From an uncultured Bifidobacterium sp. (lineage in GTDB: Bacteria > Verrucomicrobiota > Verrucomicrobiia > Limisphaerales > JADLHS01), in the NCBI GenBank assembly GCA_964594985.1, contig CAZQNQ010000018.1, positions 22,548-86,547 on the forward strand: DNA of 64,000 nucleotides, given 5' to 3'. Below the pieces are notes generated by a model. That model did not search any database and was not told the DNA's origin. It worked only from the letters and a program-made list of their open reading frames with translations. Of this stretch, positions 42,046-51,259 are shown piece by piece (within the stretch, counting starts at the first letter, position 1; every line of letters begins with the position of its first letter). Made by a program: the position numbers and the translations under genes.

Positions 42046-42873
42046 TCATTCCGGGAACACAAAGGTGATGGAGAACCGCAATCCCCAGTCCGGGCCGCCG
42101 GTGGGCTTGTCCGCGTAATAGCGTCCGCCGAGTTGGAAACTGACCGGCATGTTTCCGATCTTCACCAATTGCGTAATAAAGAGATTCAGCGGCACGGTCC
42201 ATTGCTCGTTCTCCCAGTCATAAGTGGACTCGGTGTTGAAACCAAAGGTCGTGTGTGACTTGGTGGTGTAATTGAGGAACGGTTGCAGGAACGTGGCGCT
42301 GACATCCTGCCGGCTGCTTTCCCCCGCGAACGACCAGAGATGTTGCGCCAACACACCGACCGTCCAGCCATGCGATTGCTTTAGAAAGATCGCCGACGGG
42401 CCGGCCCCCCACTTTTCACTGCCAAGCAAATCATCCGTGGCGGTGGGCAACTGGATGATCGGGCCAACGCCCCAGATCGGCGCACCCGCCTTTTCCTTTT
42501 CCGGCGAGAACCACAGCGTCACCGTCGAGTCGCCCAGGCCACTCTGGCTGCTGGTGCCGACGCGATCTTCCTGATAAATGTAGGGCACGATGGTGCGCGA
42601 CAGAATTTTCCAGTCGTCATTCAACTGGAACGGAATGACCGGCTGGATGTTCAGTTTGTATTGAAAACCATCGTCATTCGGCCCGCCGCCGAAATCGAAG
42701 TTGTTCTGCAACGGCACGCTGATGAGTGAAGCGGCGGGGTTGTTCAACTTCTTCGCCAGCTCCGCCATGTCCGCGCCGGCGGGCACGGGGTCGGGTGACT
42801 GAGCGGGGGTGGCGTGGCTGGCACCGAGGACGGCGGCAACGACGGGAATCAGGAGTTTGGTTTTCATTTTCAT
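42046..42873 (-). CDS. Outer-membrane transporter-like beta-barrel (MetA-pathway/phenol-degradation-like family)
   Basis: Signal peptide MKMKTKLLIPVVAAVLGASHA. LNNPAASLISVPLQNNFDFGGGPNDDGFQYKLNIQPVIPFQLNDDWKILSRTIVPYIYQ resembles that family. The call is tentative. Confidence 0.55.
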   Translation of the reverse strand: MKMKTKLLIPVVAAVLGASHATPAQSPDPVPAGADMAELAKKLNNPAASLISVPLQNNFDFGGGPNDDGFQYKLNIQPVIPFQLNDDWKILSRTIVPYIYQEDRVGTSSQSGLGDSTVTLWFSPEKEKAGAPIWGVGPIIQLPTATDDLLGSEKWGAGPSAIFLKQSHGWTVGVLAQHLWSFAGESSRQDVSATFLQPFLNYTTKSHTTFGFNTESTYDWENEQWTVPLNLFITQLVKIGNMPVSFQLGGRYYADKPTGGPDWGLRFSITFVFPE

Positions 42874-42895
42874 AGGCTGATGAGTTTTGCTGGGC

Positions 42896-44407
42896 TTACT
42901 TCATTTCCTCGAACTCGCCAGGCTTCCACGTTTTATCGAACCACGGCTGGAGCGGACCGTAGAGACGCAGGACGGTGCTCCAGCCCTTGCCGGGGACAGT
43001 TTGCACCCAATTCTTTTCATGACCGGCGGGCGGAGTCGGGCCGAACCACAAATCAACCGAGGTGTCCGCGTTGATGATGAGATCCTTCTTGCGGCTGCCG
43101 ATACTCGGGAACGGCGTGTCGGTCTGCAACTCCGAGCGCGTCTGGTTGTCGTAAAGAACGAGCGACCAGAAATCCTTGGCCGGGATGCCGGCGGGTAGGT
43201 GGAGTTGGTAGGTCTTGCTGCCATCAAGGGCCCGGCCTTGGGAATCCACGAACGCACCGGCATACTGCGAACCGACGCCGACCATCTTCATGGACATCGC
43301 CGGCGTCACGAAGGTGGCGTAGTAGAAAAACATCGTGCGCGCGTCGAGATTGCGCACGCCGGGCTGCTTCAGGAATTCGTAGCTGCCGCCGATGAACGAG
43401 GTACACCACGCGCTGTTCGGATAGAAGTAGGCTTCCTTCAAACGGGTTCGGAAAGTCAGGGCGCGCGCGGTGGCGTTGCCCACGGCTGCCGCCTCGGCGA
43501 GAATCTTTTTCATGCGCGCATCGGGGGCGAAGGGCTTGCCCTTTTCGATGCCGATGGCGGCGAGCAGACCGAGCGTCTCCGGGTCCGCCGCATCGGTCGG
43601 CTCCTCTTGCACCACTTCATTGACCTCGTCGAAGAAGGACATGTCGCTTCCGTGGATCGTGTTGAACGGCTTCCCTGAGACGTTCACGAATTTCATCGGC
43701 GGCGGATTCTTCGCTTGGGCGAGCGGATAAACCTTCATGAATTTCTTCATGCTCTCGACTGCCGGCTTTGGGTCGCCGTCCACGAGAAAGCCGCGCACCG
43801 CGCAGACGTTACCGAAGGTCTTGGAGTGAACGACAAAACAGCCCGGCGGAATCTCGCCCTTGTAGCCGGGCGGCACGAGGAGATATTTGCCGCCTTTACC
43901 TTTGTCGGGACCGGCGTTCCCCACGTCCGTGACGTAGCGGAACCAGGCATCGTTGATGATCCCGAGCACGTTGGGCGGAGTCTCCACTACCAGTGGACCG
44001 TCCTTCAGGTCGAACCACGTGAAGAAATAGACCGTCTCGGAATTGGCCGTGAGAAACAGCGGCTTCGAATCCATGAGCGTTTCCGTGTACAGCATCGTCT
44101 GGTTGTCGGCGCCCTGACCGCGGATTCCCGCCCGGAGCGCGTGGACTGACGCACCCGGCATGGCGATCAGGAACGCCTGCACGCCACGCTGGAAGTCGAG
44201 GTTCTCGTAAACTTTTTCCACCGTGACGTCGTCCGGGAAACCATCGAAGAACTTCAGGGTGCCGAGCCGGGTCTCGACCGAGTCTGGCGTGGTGATGGAC
44301 GGCGGAATGTCCGTCGTCATCTTCATCTTTGGTGGAGTCTGCGCATGAAGCGAAACCGCGAGACAGAGCGCGGCGACGATTGAAGGGACTCGGAACAATT
44401 TTTTCAT
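42896..44407 (-). CDS. DUF1254/DUF1214 domain secreted protein
   Basis: Signal peptide MKKLFRVPSIVAALCLAVSLHA. ...TVYFFTWFDLKDGPLVVETPP...GPDKGKGGKYLLVPPGYKG (DUF1254 block). C-terminal ...FWSLVLYD...LYGP (DUF1214 block). Confidence 0.8.
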   Translation of the reverse strand: MKKLFRVPSIVAALCLAVSLHAQTPPKMKMTTDIPPSITTPDSVETRLGTLKFFDGFPDDVTVEKVYENLDFQRGVQAFLIAMPGASVHALRAGIRGQGADNQTMLYTETLMDSKPLFLTANSETVYFFTWFDLKDGPLVVETPPNVLGIINDAWFRYVTDVGNAGPDKGKGGKYLLVPPGYKGEIPPGCFVVHSKTFGNVCAVRGFLVDGDPKPAVESMKKFMKVYPLAQAKNPPPMKFVNVSGKPFNTIHGSDMSFFDEVNEVVQEEPTDAADPETLGLLAAIGIEKGKPFAPDARMKKILAEAAAVGNATARALTFRTRLKEAYFYPNSAWCTSFIGGSYEFLKQPGVRNLDARTMFFYYATFVTPAMSMKMVGVGSQYAGAFVDSQGRALDGSKTYQLHLPAGIPAKDFWSLVLYDNQTRSELQTDTPFPSIGSRKKDLIINADTSVDLWFGPTPPAGHEKNWVQTVPGKGWSTVLRLYGPLQPWFDKTWKPGEFEEMK

Positions 44408-44420
44408 GGTTGTTTTTCTT

Positions 44421-45848
44421 TCATTTCACCTTCTCGATGTCCGGCAGCACCCATGTTTTGTCGAAGAACGGCTTTTCCGGTCCATAGAGACGGAATAGAA
44501 CCTCAAACTTTCCACTGGCACTCGTGGGCACCCAATTCGATTCCCTGCCTGCCGGCGCTTTCGATCCAAAGTAAACATCCACCGAGCCGTCGCTGTTTTT
44601 CTGCAACCCCGGCGTATTGGACCCGCGGCTGGACCACTTCTGCTCGCGGATAAGCGCGTGGGTGGCGCGATCATAGACCGTCGCCGACCAGTAGAGTTTG
44701 ACGGGCGCGTTGGCCGGCACATGCAGGCGATAGGTGCCGCCGCCGTCGAACGCGTTGCCATCTTTGTCCACGATGGTCATCAGATAGAACTGTCCCACTC
44801 CGATGCGTTTCGCGCTGAAATACGCCATCGAATATGTGATGCCACGGTCAATCACGGGATAGGCGGCGGGATTGGCGAAATCCGTCTGCAGGCCCTCGGC
44901 AACGGCTGGGGAGGCTGGGAGCGCCCAGTGCTTGCCTTCATTGAACGGTGGCGAGAAAAGGCCTTTGTATCGCTCTTCGAGAAATGCGTGCGCTTCAAGC
45001 ACGGCATCTTTGAGAATCTTCACGGTCTTTGCGTCCGGGTTGAATGGTTTGCCTTTTTCGATTCCGATCGTCTTGAGCTGGTCAATCATGACCTTGTCGC
45101 GTTCCAGCCACGGCTCCCGCTGCACGAAGCGGTCGAGCATCTCAAAAAACCGCAGGTTGTAGGGAATGGTGCTGTCGAATACGACGTCAATCGCATCCAC
45201 GAACTTCGTCGCCGGAGGATGGGCGGCTTGCGCCAGCGGATAAAACTTCACCCGCTTGCCGTAGGCCACAGCCTTGGCGATGTCGTCGTCGCTGCCGCTC
45301 TTGAGATTGGAACGCAGGATGACGAACCCGGTGTAAGTCCGCGATTGCAACGGGATGTAACCCTCCGGCGCTTTGTCTATGTAACCCGGCGGCAGGATCA
45401 GATATTTGCCGCCCTTGCCCTTGTCCACGCCCGCCGGGCCGACATCCTCCAACGCCGTCTGCCAGGACTCGTCAATGCTGCCGGTGATCGAGCTTTCGGC
45501 ATCCGCCGGCGGAATCTCCAGCACCATCGGCCCCGCGTCCTTCGTGTTGAAGAACGGGAAGACATAGATCGTGTCCGGGTTGGGCGTGAGCGTCTGGTTC
45601 TTCCAACTGAGGGGGCGCGACCAATAGACGACCTCGTTGAAACCCGCCCCAGCCTGCGCCACCGCGGCGAACATCAGTTCCGCGTTCACCGCGGGCATGC
45701 CCCAGATGACAGCTTCCACGGCGCGGCGGTGGACGCTGCGCTCCGCCAGTTGATCGGCGGTGAAGGTTTTCTCCTGCGCGAGCGCGGAGGTGGATATAAT
45801 TGCGCCCAACGCGAGGCCGAGCGACATCAGGATGTTTCTGGTTTTCAT
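44421..45848 (-). CDS. DUF1254/DUF1214 domain secreted protein, paralog
   Basis: Signal peptide MKTRNILMSLGLALGAIISTSALA. ...TIYVFPFFNTKDAGPMVLEIPP...GVDKGKGGKYLILPPGYID...YWSATVYD...LYGPEKPFFDKTW. Confidence 0.8.
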   Translation of the reverse strand: MKTRNILMSLGLALGAIISTSALAQEKTFTADQLAERSVHRRAVEAVIWGMPAVNAELMFAAVAQAGAGFNEVVYWSRPLSWKNQTLTPNPDTIYVFPFFNTKDAGPMVLEIPPADAESSITGSIDESWQTALEDVGPAGVDKGKGGKYLILPPGYIDKAPEGYIPLQSRTYTGFVILRSNLKSGSDDDIAKAVAYGKRVKFYPLAQAAHPPATKFVDAIDVVFDSTIPYNLRFFEMLDRFVQREPWLERDKVMIDQLKTIGIEKGKPFNPDAKTVKILKDAVLEAHAFLEERYKGLFSPPFNEGKHWALPASPAVAEGLQTDFANPAAYPVIDRGITYSMAYFSAKRIGVGQFYLMTIVDKDGNAFDGGGTYRLHVPANAPVKLYWSATVYDRATHALIREQKWSSRGSNTPGLQKNSDGSVDVYFGSKAPAGRESNWVPTSASGKFEVLFRLYGPEKPFFDKTWVLPDIEKVK

Positions 45849-45859
45849 GGTGCGAATGT

Positions 45860-46492
45860 TTATTTCTTCGCCGCCTTGCCCGCCATGTAGCTGGTGATGA
45901 GACAGCGGTAGGATGGCAGGTGATTGGAGAACAACGCGCCCAGCCCCTCGATGTCATTGCGCCAGTCGCGGTGCAGTTCGCACGCGACACCGAACCAGCT
46001 CATGAGCTGGCAGCCCGCCTGTTCCATGCGCGACCACGCCGCGTCGCGGGTCGTTTTGTTGAACGTGCCGGAGGCGTCGGTGACGATGAACACTTCATAA
46101 CCTTCCTCGCGCGCCGAAAGGGCCGGGAACGCCACGCACACTTCTGTCACGATACCCGCGATGAGCAACTGTTTCTTCCCCGTGGCCTTCACCGCCTTCA
46201 CGAAATCCTCGTTGTCCCAGGCGTTGATGTTGCCGGGGCGCGCGATGTAAGGCGCATCGGGAAACAGCGCTTTCAACTCCGGCACGAGTGGGCCGTTGGG
46301 GCCGTCCTCGAAACTCGTGGTGAGAATCGTGGGCAGCTTGAAGTATTTTGCGGCGTCAGCCAGCGCGAGGACGTTGTTCTTGAAGTCGTCCGGCGAGAAA
46401 TCCTGGACGCAGTTGGTCAGGCCGGATTGATGGTCCACGAGCAGGACGGCGACGTTATTCTTGTCGAGACGGTGGTATTTGAATGCGTTCAT
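45860..46492 (-). CDS. ycaC: Isochorismatase-family cysteine hydrolase, YcaC-like
   Basis: ATG 46492: MNAFKYHRLDKNNVAVLLVDHQSGL...FKNNVLALADAAKYFKLPTILTTSFEDGPNGPLVPELKALFPDAPYIARPGNINAWDNEDFVKAVKATGKKQLLIAGIVTEVCVAFPALSA...VTDASGTF...MSWFGVACELHRDWRNDIEGL. Near-collinear with E. coli YcaC as I recall it. Confidence 0.88.
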   Translation of the reverse strand: MNAFKYHRLDKNNVAVLLVDHQSGLTNCVQDFSPDDFKNNVLALADAAKYFKLPTILTTSFEDGPNGPLVPELKALFPDAPYIARPGNINAWDNEDFVKAVKATGKKQLLIAGIVTEVCVAFPALSAREEGYEVFIVTDASGTFNKTTRDAAWSRMEQAGCQLMSWFGVACELHRDWRNDIEGLGALFSNHLPSYRCLITSYMAGKAAKK

Positions 46493-46518
46493 AATGATCG
46501 GGGGTAATTGGTTGATGG

Positions 46519-47508
46519 TTATGGTTTGGCTGGAAAGATTGTTTTCCAATCGTCCTTCATGCTCACCACCGTCCAGCCTTTGGCGACGGCTTCGTCCCAC
46601 GCTTTATCCAATGTGCCGATGTGGGACTTGCGATCGTAGGCGAATTCACGCTCGGCATCGGTGTGATGGACGAGGAGCGCAAAGCGCGCGCCATTGCCGG
46701 CGGTAGTCCATTGCAACATTTGCAGGTCGCCGTCCGAATTGCCAAACGCGGCGATGGGCCGGCGCCCAATGTGTTGCTGGATGCCCACTGGCTTGCCGGC
46801 TTTGTCGTCAATCAGATTGATCTCCGGCAACTTCATCAGCACGGGCTTGCCATCGCGCAGCTCGAACTTCAGCTTGCCGCTGCTGCCCACGACTTGCTCC
46901 GGCGGGATGCCATAAACATTCTCCGCCCACGGCCGCATGAACTCGATGCCGCCGCCGGAGACGATGAACGTCTTGAAACCGTTCGCGCGCAGATAGTCCA
47001 GCAGTTCGAGCATGGGCTGATAAACCATCTCCGTATAGAGTTTCCCGGTCTTGGGATGTTTGGCGGTGCTGATCCAATCACTGACCGACTTGCTAAACTC
47101 CTCGGTGGTCATGCCCGTGTGCGTGGCGGCCATCATTTCCAACAATCCCTTTTCACCGCCGGCCAATGCGGCTTTCAGATCGCCTTTCAATAACGAGGCG
47201 AACGGCTCTTTCGTTTTCCATTCGGGATGCTGTGGGGCGAGGGCTTTGACCCGGTCGAGGGTGAACGCCAGTTGGAAATACATCGGCTGCTCGGCCCAGA
47301 GCGTGCCGTCGTTGTCGAAGGTGGCGATGCGCTCAGGCACCGGCACAAAGTCCGGCGAACCTTCTTTTGTCACTTTCTCGACAAAGGCAACAATGGCTTT
47401 CTTTGGTGCAGTGTCGTTCCACGAAGGAAGCGGGTCTTGCGCGAAAGTGGTAGTGAGGCCGACAAGGATGATTGCCAACGGAACAATGAGTTTGTGGATG
47501 GTTTTCAT
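46519..47508 (-). CDS. Secreted HAD-superfamily hydrolase, copy 2
   Basis: MKTIHKLIVPLAIILVGLTTTFA signal peptide. Same HAD motifs as copy 1 (IATFDNDGTLW, FIVSGGG, AFGNSDGDLQML). Confidence 0.8.
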   Translation of the reverse strand: MKTIHKLIVPLAIILVGLTTTFAQDPLPSWNDTAPKKAIVAFVEKVTKEGSPDFVPVPERIATFDNDGTLWAEQPMYFQLAFTLDRVKALAPQHPEWKTKEPFASLLKGDLKAALAGGEKGLLEMMAATHTGMTTEEFSKSVSDWISTAKHPKTGKLYTEMVYQPMLELLDYLRANGFKTFIVSGGGIEFMRPWAENVYGIPPEQVVGSSGKLKFELRDGKPVLMKLPEINLIDDKAGKPVGIQQHIGRRPIAAFGNSDGDLQMLQWTTAGNGARFALLVHHTDAEREFAYDRKSHIGTLDKAWDEAVAKGWTVVSMKDDWKTIFPAKP

Positions 47509-47517
47509 AAGCAGTTT

Positions 47518-48594
47518 CTAGTTGGGGTGATCCGAGGTGGAAGTGGGATTCAGCGGTTGCAAATGGACGGGCCGGAACAGCGCCAGAAATCTGGCCAGCA
47601 TGCGACGGAAGCGCACACTCAAGCCAAGCATCAGTGCAAACGAGACGAGAACCATCAGACCGGCTGGCTGCCACCATGGCGTCGGACGCTGAGTTATCGC
47701 GGCACCTGATGCACTAGTGGCGGTAGCTGTAGCAGCGGTTGAAGCCAACGCTGGATTCGGAATAACCGTGAACGCGCGGGCGGAAAAATCATTTGTCTGA
47801 AGCTGCTTCGCTTCCACATCAAACCAGATGAGTCGCGCCGCAGGAATGGTGAACTGCCCGGGGCGCTGGCAAACGTAAGTGATGACATCGCGCCGCCCGC
47901 CTTGCAACGCCCCTCGCTCAACCTGGTCGTTGATTTGTCGCTTTGTGTAGATGCCCAGGCCCTCGATCTGCCCAGCCGGAAACGGTGGGAACACCATGCC
48001 CGGCACCTCCGGCGCGCTGAATGTGACTGTCCGCGTGAAAGCCGTACCCGTTAGAACATTGGTCTGGCCCGGTTCAGGCTGCCAGGCTTCCTCGACTTTC
48101 AGTCCTTTCGCACTGATGACTGTGCCAAGGTTTTCCGCGCCCGGCGGTGATTGAACGGTGAATGATAACGGAGTGGTGGTCACCGTGGCGGGCACCTCAT
48201 TGGTGTCGAGCGGAGTGCGCTTGAACGAAAAACGCACCTTCAAGGCGGGAACGGATTGCGCCCCCGCCCGCGTGGCAAACGCGGACAATTCATGCCGCTG
48301 CACCGTGTAGCTCGTCTCGTCAATCGTCTCGCTGCTGACGATCGGATGTTCCAACGGCGGCACGAGCAGCACGCCCTGTGGATCGGGCAGATCAAACGCT
48401 GCGGCACTGGCAAAGTATCCCGGCGCGAGCAGCTCAACCACGATGGTGACCTTCTGGCCAACCCAGACCACGTCATTTGTCGCAAGACTGGTCCGCACTT
48501 TTGCATCCTGCGCGAACCCGTGGCCGTACAAAAGCACAACAACGAGGCAAAAAAGTTTTTGAACCGAAGCAGGTGTTTGCGACAAAGAACTCAT
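47518..48594 (-). CDS. BatD-like protein (last gene of the Bat/MoxR operon)
   Basis: Signal peptide, Ig-like-looking N-terminal region (VWVGQKVTIVVELLAPGYFASAAAFDLPDP), C-terminal TM WWQPAGLMVLVSFALMLGLSV. Its ATG overlaps the upstream stop (48591-48594). Confidence 0.6.
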   Translation of the reverse strand: MSSLSQTPASVQKLFCLVVVLLYGHGFAQDAKVRTSLATNDVVWVGQKVTIVVELLAPGYFASAAAFDLPDPQGVLLVPPLEHPIVSSETIDETSYTVQRHELSAFATRAGAQSVPALKVRFSFKRTPLDTNEVPATVTTTPLSFTVQSPPGAENLGTVISAKGLKVEEAWQPEPGQTNVLTGTAFTRTVTFSAPEVPGMVFPPFPAGQIEGLGIYTKRQINDQVERGALQGGRRDVITYVCQRPGQFTIPAARLIWFDVEAKQLQTNDFSARAFTVIPNPALASTAATATATSASGAAITQRPTPWWQPAGLMVLVSFALMLGLSVRFRRMLARFLALFRPVHLQPLNPTSTSDHPN

Positions 48595-49298
48595 TTGGCT
48601 TCCTCCTTTACGCCTTTCGTGTCGTTCTGTGAAGCCTGTGCCTGATAGGCAAATTTCGCCCGCAGAAAATCGCCCGGCGTGGTCTGCACCCGCCGCAACC
48701 AGGTGGCCCGCAGTTCCTCGTCCGACATCTTTTCGCCGTTCATCTCCACCGGCTGACCCTTTTTGTCAGCGCCCTTCTGGTCGAACACAATCTCATCCGG
48801 CTTGTAGGCATCCGCCGATTCCTGACGATCTTCACCCGCTTTATCAATGAGCTGCTTGCGCGCAAGGGCCAGCGCCTTGTTCTCCTCGGCTTCCTTCCAG
48901 CCGGGACGGAAGCCCAATGCCCGGTCGTAGCTTTCAATGGCGGAGTCATACTTCCCATGCATCAACCACGCGTTACCTTGATCGAACGCGCCGTCCGCGC
49001 CCGGCACGCGCGCAAAGGTTTTCGCCGCCGCCTCGAAATCGCCATTGCGATATTGCGCCACGCCGATGCGCCAGGGATCACTGTAAGCCTGCGCCGCTTC
49101 GGCAAACTTCTTCTCCGCGAACAGATGATCGCCCCGCTGATCTGCCGTTCGCCAGAACTGTGGATTGCGAATTGTCCCGACGGTGAGAATCAACAAAAAC
49201 AAAACTCCAAGGCCGATTTGAACAGAAGCAAACGAAGAGCGCGAAGCCTTGGTGGCTTCACTTCTTTGCTTACTTTGCTGACTTCTGTTTGAGTTCAT
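48591..49298 (-). CDS. TPR-repeat membrane-anchored protein (BatC-like)
   Basis: TM IGLGVLFLLILTV. TPR-like AEKKFAEAAQAYSDPWRIGVAQYRNGDFEAAAKTFARV...GNAWLMHGKYDSAIESYDRALGFRPGWKEAEEN. The first ~26 codons are encoded by an F-type repeat. Confidence 0.7.
   Translation of the reverse strand: MNSNRSQQSKQRSEATKASRSSFASVQIGLGVLFLLILTVGTIRNPQFWRTADQRGDHLFAEKKFAEAAQAYSDPWRIGVAQYRNGDFEAAAKTFARVPGADGAFDQGNAWLMHGKYDSAIESYDRALGFRPGWKEAEENKALALARKQLIDKAGEDRQESADAYKPDEIVFDQKGADKKGQPVEMNGEKMSDEELRATWLRRVQTTPGDFLRAKFAYQAQASQNDTKGVKEEAK
49215..49298 (-). repeat. F-type palindromic repeat forming the 5' coding end of the TPR gene (ATGA junction with the VWA gene)
   Basis: Minus strand: ATGAACTCAAACAGAAGTCAGCAAAGTAAGCAAAGAAGTGAAGCCACCAAGGCTTCGCGCTCTTCGTTTGCTTCTGTTCAAATC. 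ATG 49298-49296 overlaps TGA 49297-49295. Confidence 0.75.
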
Positions 49299-51256
49299 TT
49301 AGCAGCCGCAGTTGAAAGCATCCAGCCCTTGCGGAAAAACGGCAGCAACAGCACCGCAAGCACCGGCGTCAGCCAGTAGCCGCTTTCCGCCCAGCGATTG
49401 CTTAAATCACCGCCGCTCACGCTGGCAAACTTCGCCGCGCCCGCGACGATCTTCATGTCCGCATCATCCGCTGTAAGTCGCACCGAGCTTGCATCCGCCG
49501 CCCGCGCGGCAGTCGTGAGCGCGTCCAGTTCCACTCCCGGCAATAACGGCGGTAGCAAACGCACCGGCGTGCTGGAAGATTTGCGCCACGCCGAGATGGC
49601 TGCGGCTTGTTCCGGCGCGATGCTGTCCGTGATCCACAGAATCGAACCGCCACCCGCATCAGCGAGAGTTTGATCGGCCAGCTTGAGCGCTGCCGCTGCC
49701 GCATCTCCGTCTGATGGCATGATCTTCGGGTCGAGCGCCTGCGCGAAGGTGTCAATGATGCCGCCGTCCTTGGTCGCGGGCATGACGACGTGAGCTGAAC
49801 CGGCGTAAGCAATAAGCGAAGTCTTCGCCCCAGCTCGTTCCTTCATGAGGTCGTGAATCTTTTCCGTCACGCGCGTCAGGCGACTGGGCGGCACGTCCTC
49901 GGTGGTCATCGAAGGCGAAACCTTCACGACGATGGCGAGCGCCGCCGTATCATCCGCGAACGGCGCTGGCTCGCGTTTCCATGTCGGCCCGGCAATGGCG
50001 ATGACCGCCACCACCCAACCGACGGCGATCAATTCCAGCGGACCGAAGCGGGATTTCTTTTCTTCGCCGCTCAAGAGATGTGCCAGCAGGTGTGGGGCAA
50101 TGATCCCGCGCCAAGGTTGCATTGCGTCCGTGCGACGGCGCAGCAACCACCACAGCAACGCGACCGGAATCAACGCGAGCAACCACCCTGGTCGGATGAA
50201 ATGGAATGCCGGCGTTGTGATGGCTAAGCCGATCGGCACAAAAGAAGCGAAAGCAGGTTGCGGCGCACCCGTGTTTGCCGCCTTTGCGCTCTTCTGTTTC
50301 AAAAGTCCGAACGCGTGAAACAGCATTGAGAACCCCAGCGCCACCGCCAGCGGCCACCAATAGACGTCGCGCCGCGGCCGATGCGTGATGGTCTGGGCTT
50401 TCTGCGTCTCCAGTTTGTTGAGCTGGCCGTAGATCTCATCAAGTTGCTTGCGGTCGGCGGCATGCGAATAAAGCCCACCGGTCGCCGTCGCCACGTTCTT
50501 CAGCGTGTCCACATCCAGCGCGTCCTCGCCCGCCGCCTTGGGATCGCCGACCGCGACGGTATGGATGACAATGCCTTTGTCCTTCGCGATCTGCGCTGCT
50601 TTCGTGGGGGGCACTTGACTCGCGGTATCATTGCCATCCGTGAGCGCGATGAGCACGCGCTCCTTCACCGTGCTGTGATCAAACACATTGATCGCCAGAC
50701 CGAGCGCGTCGCCAAAAGCGGTCTGCGGCCCCGCCATCTTCACCTGCGCTTCATCGAGCAACTGGTGGCAGACTTTCAAATCCTCGGTGAACGGCGCTTG
50801 CACAAACGGCGCGCTGCCGAAGAAAATCAAACCGACGCGATCGCCTTTGCGCTTCGCAAGAAAATCATCCAGCACTTCCTTCACCGCCGTAAGGCGATCC
50901 ACCGTTTCGCCCTTGGCGTTCTTGAAATCCTTCGTCTCCATCGAACCCGACAAATCCACCGCAAGCAGCAGGTCGCGCACAGGAATCTCCTTCGTGATGG
51001 GCGGCTCAATGAGCTGCGGTCGCGCCAACGCCAGCACCGCCGCGCCCCAGCAAACCCATACCGACAACCACCGGAACCATCCGCCCCGCGAAATCACCGC
51101 GCCGGGGCTGGGATGTTGGCCGCTATGTTCCGCCAATCGCGCCAGAAATGGCACGACCAATCCCGGCTTCGTTTCGCGCCGCGCTGGCACGAGCCACCAG
51201 ATCAGCAGTGGCAACGCGAGTAACGCGAGCAACCAAGGATGAGCGAGGGTCAGCAT
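49295..51256 (-). CDS. VWA-domain membrane protein, BatA-BatB-like fusion
   Basis: BatA-type N-terminus MLTLAHPWLLALLALPLLIWWLVPARRE. First VWA LLAVDLSGSM...TDGNDT. TM helices, then a second BatA-like N-terminal/VWA-like half (FIRPGWLLALIPVALLWWLLRRR...VKVSPSM...ITDS). Confidence 0.8.
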   Translation of the reverse strand: MLTLAHPWLLALLALPLLIWWLVPARRETKPGLVVPFLARLAEHSGQHPSPGAVISRGGWFRWLSVWVCWGAAVLALARPQLIEPPITKEIPVRDLLLAVDLSGSMETKDFKNAKGETVDRLTAVKEVLDDFLAKRKGDRVGLIFFGSAPFVQAPFTEDLKVCHQLLDEAQVKMAGPQTAFGDALGLAINVFDHSTVKERVLIALTDGNDTASQVPPTKAAQIAKDKGIVIHTVAVGDPKAAGEDALDVDTLKNVATATGGLYSHAADRKQLDEIYGQLNKLETQKAQTITHRPRRDVYWWPLAVALGFSMLFHAFGLLKQKSAKAANTGAPQPAFASFVPIGLAITTPAFHFIRPGWLLALIPVALLWWLLRRRTDAMQPWRGIIAPHLLAHLLSGEEKKSRFGPLELIAVGWVVAVIAIAGPTWKREPAPFADDTAALAIVVKVSPSMTTEDVPPSRLTRVTEKIHDLMKERAGAKTSLIAYAGSAHVVMPATKDGGIIDTFAQALDPKIMPSDGDAAAAALKLADQTLADAGGGSILWITDSIAPEQAAAISAWRKSSSTPVRLLPPLLPGVELDALTTAARAADASSVRLTADDADMKIVAGAAKFASVSGGDLSNRWAESGYWLTPVLAVLLLPFFRKGWMLSTAAAK

Positions 51257-51259
51257 GGG

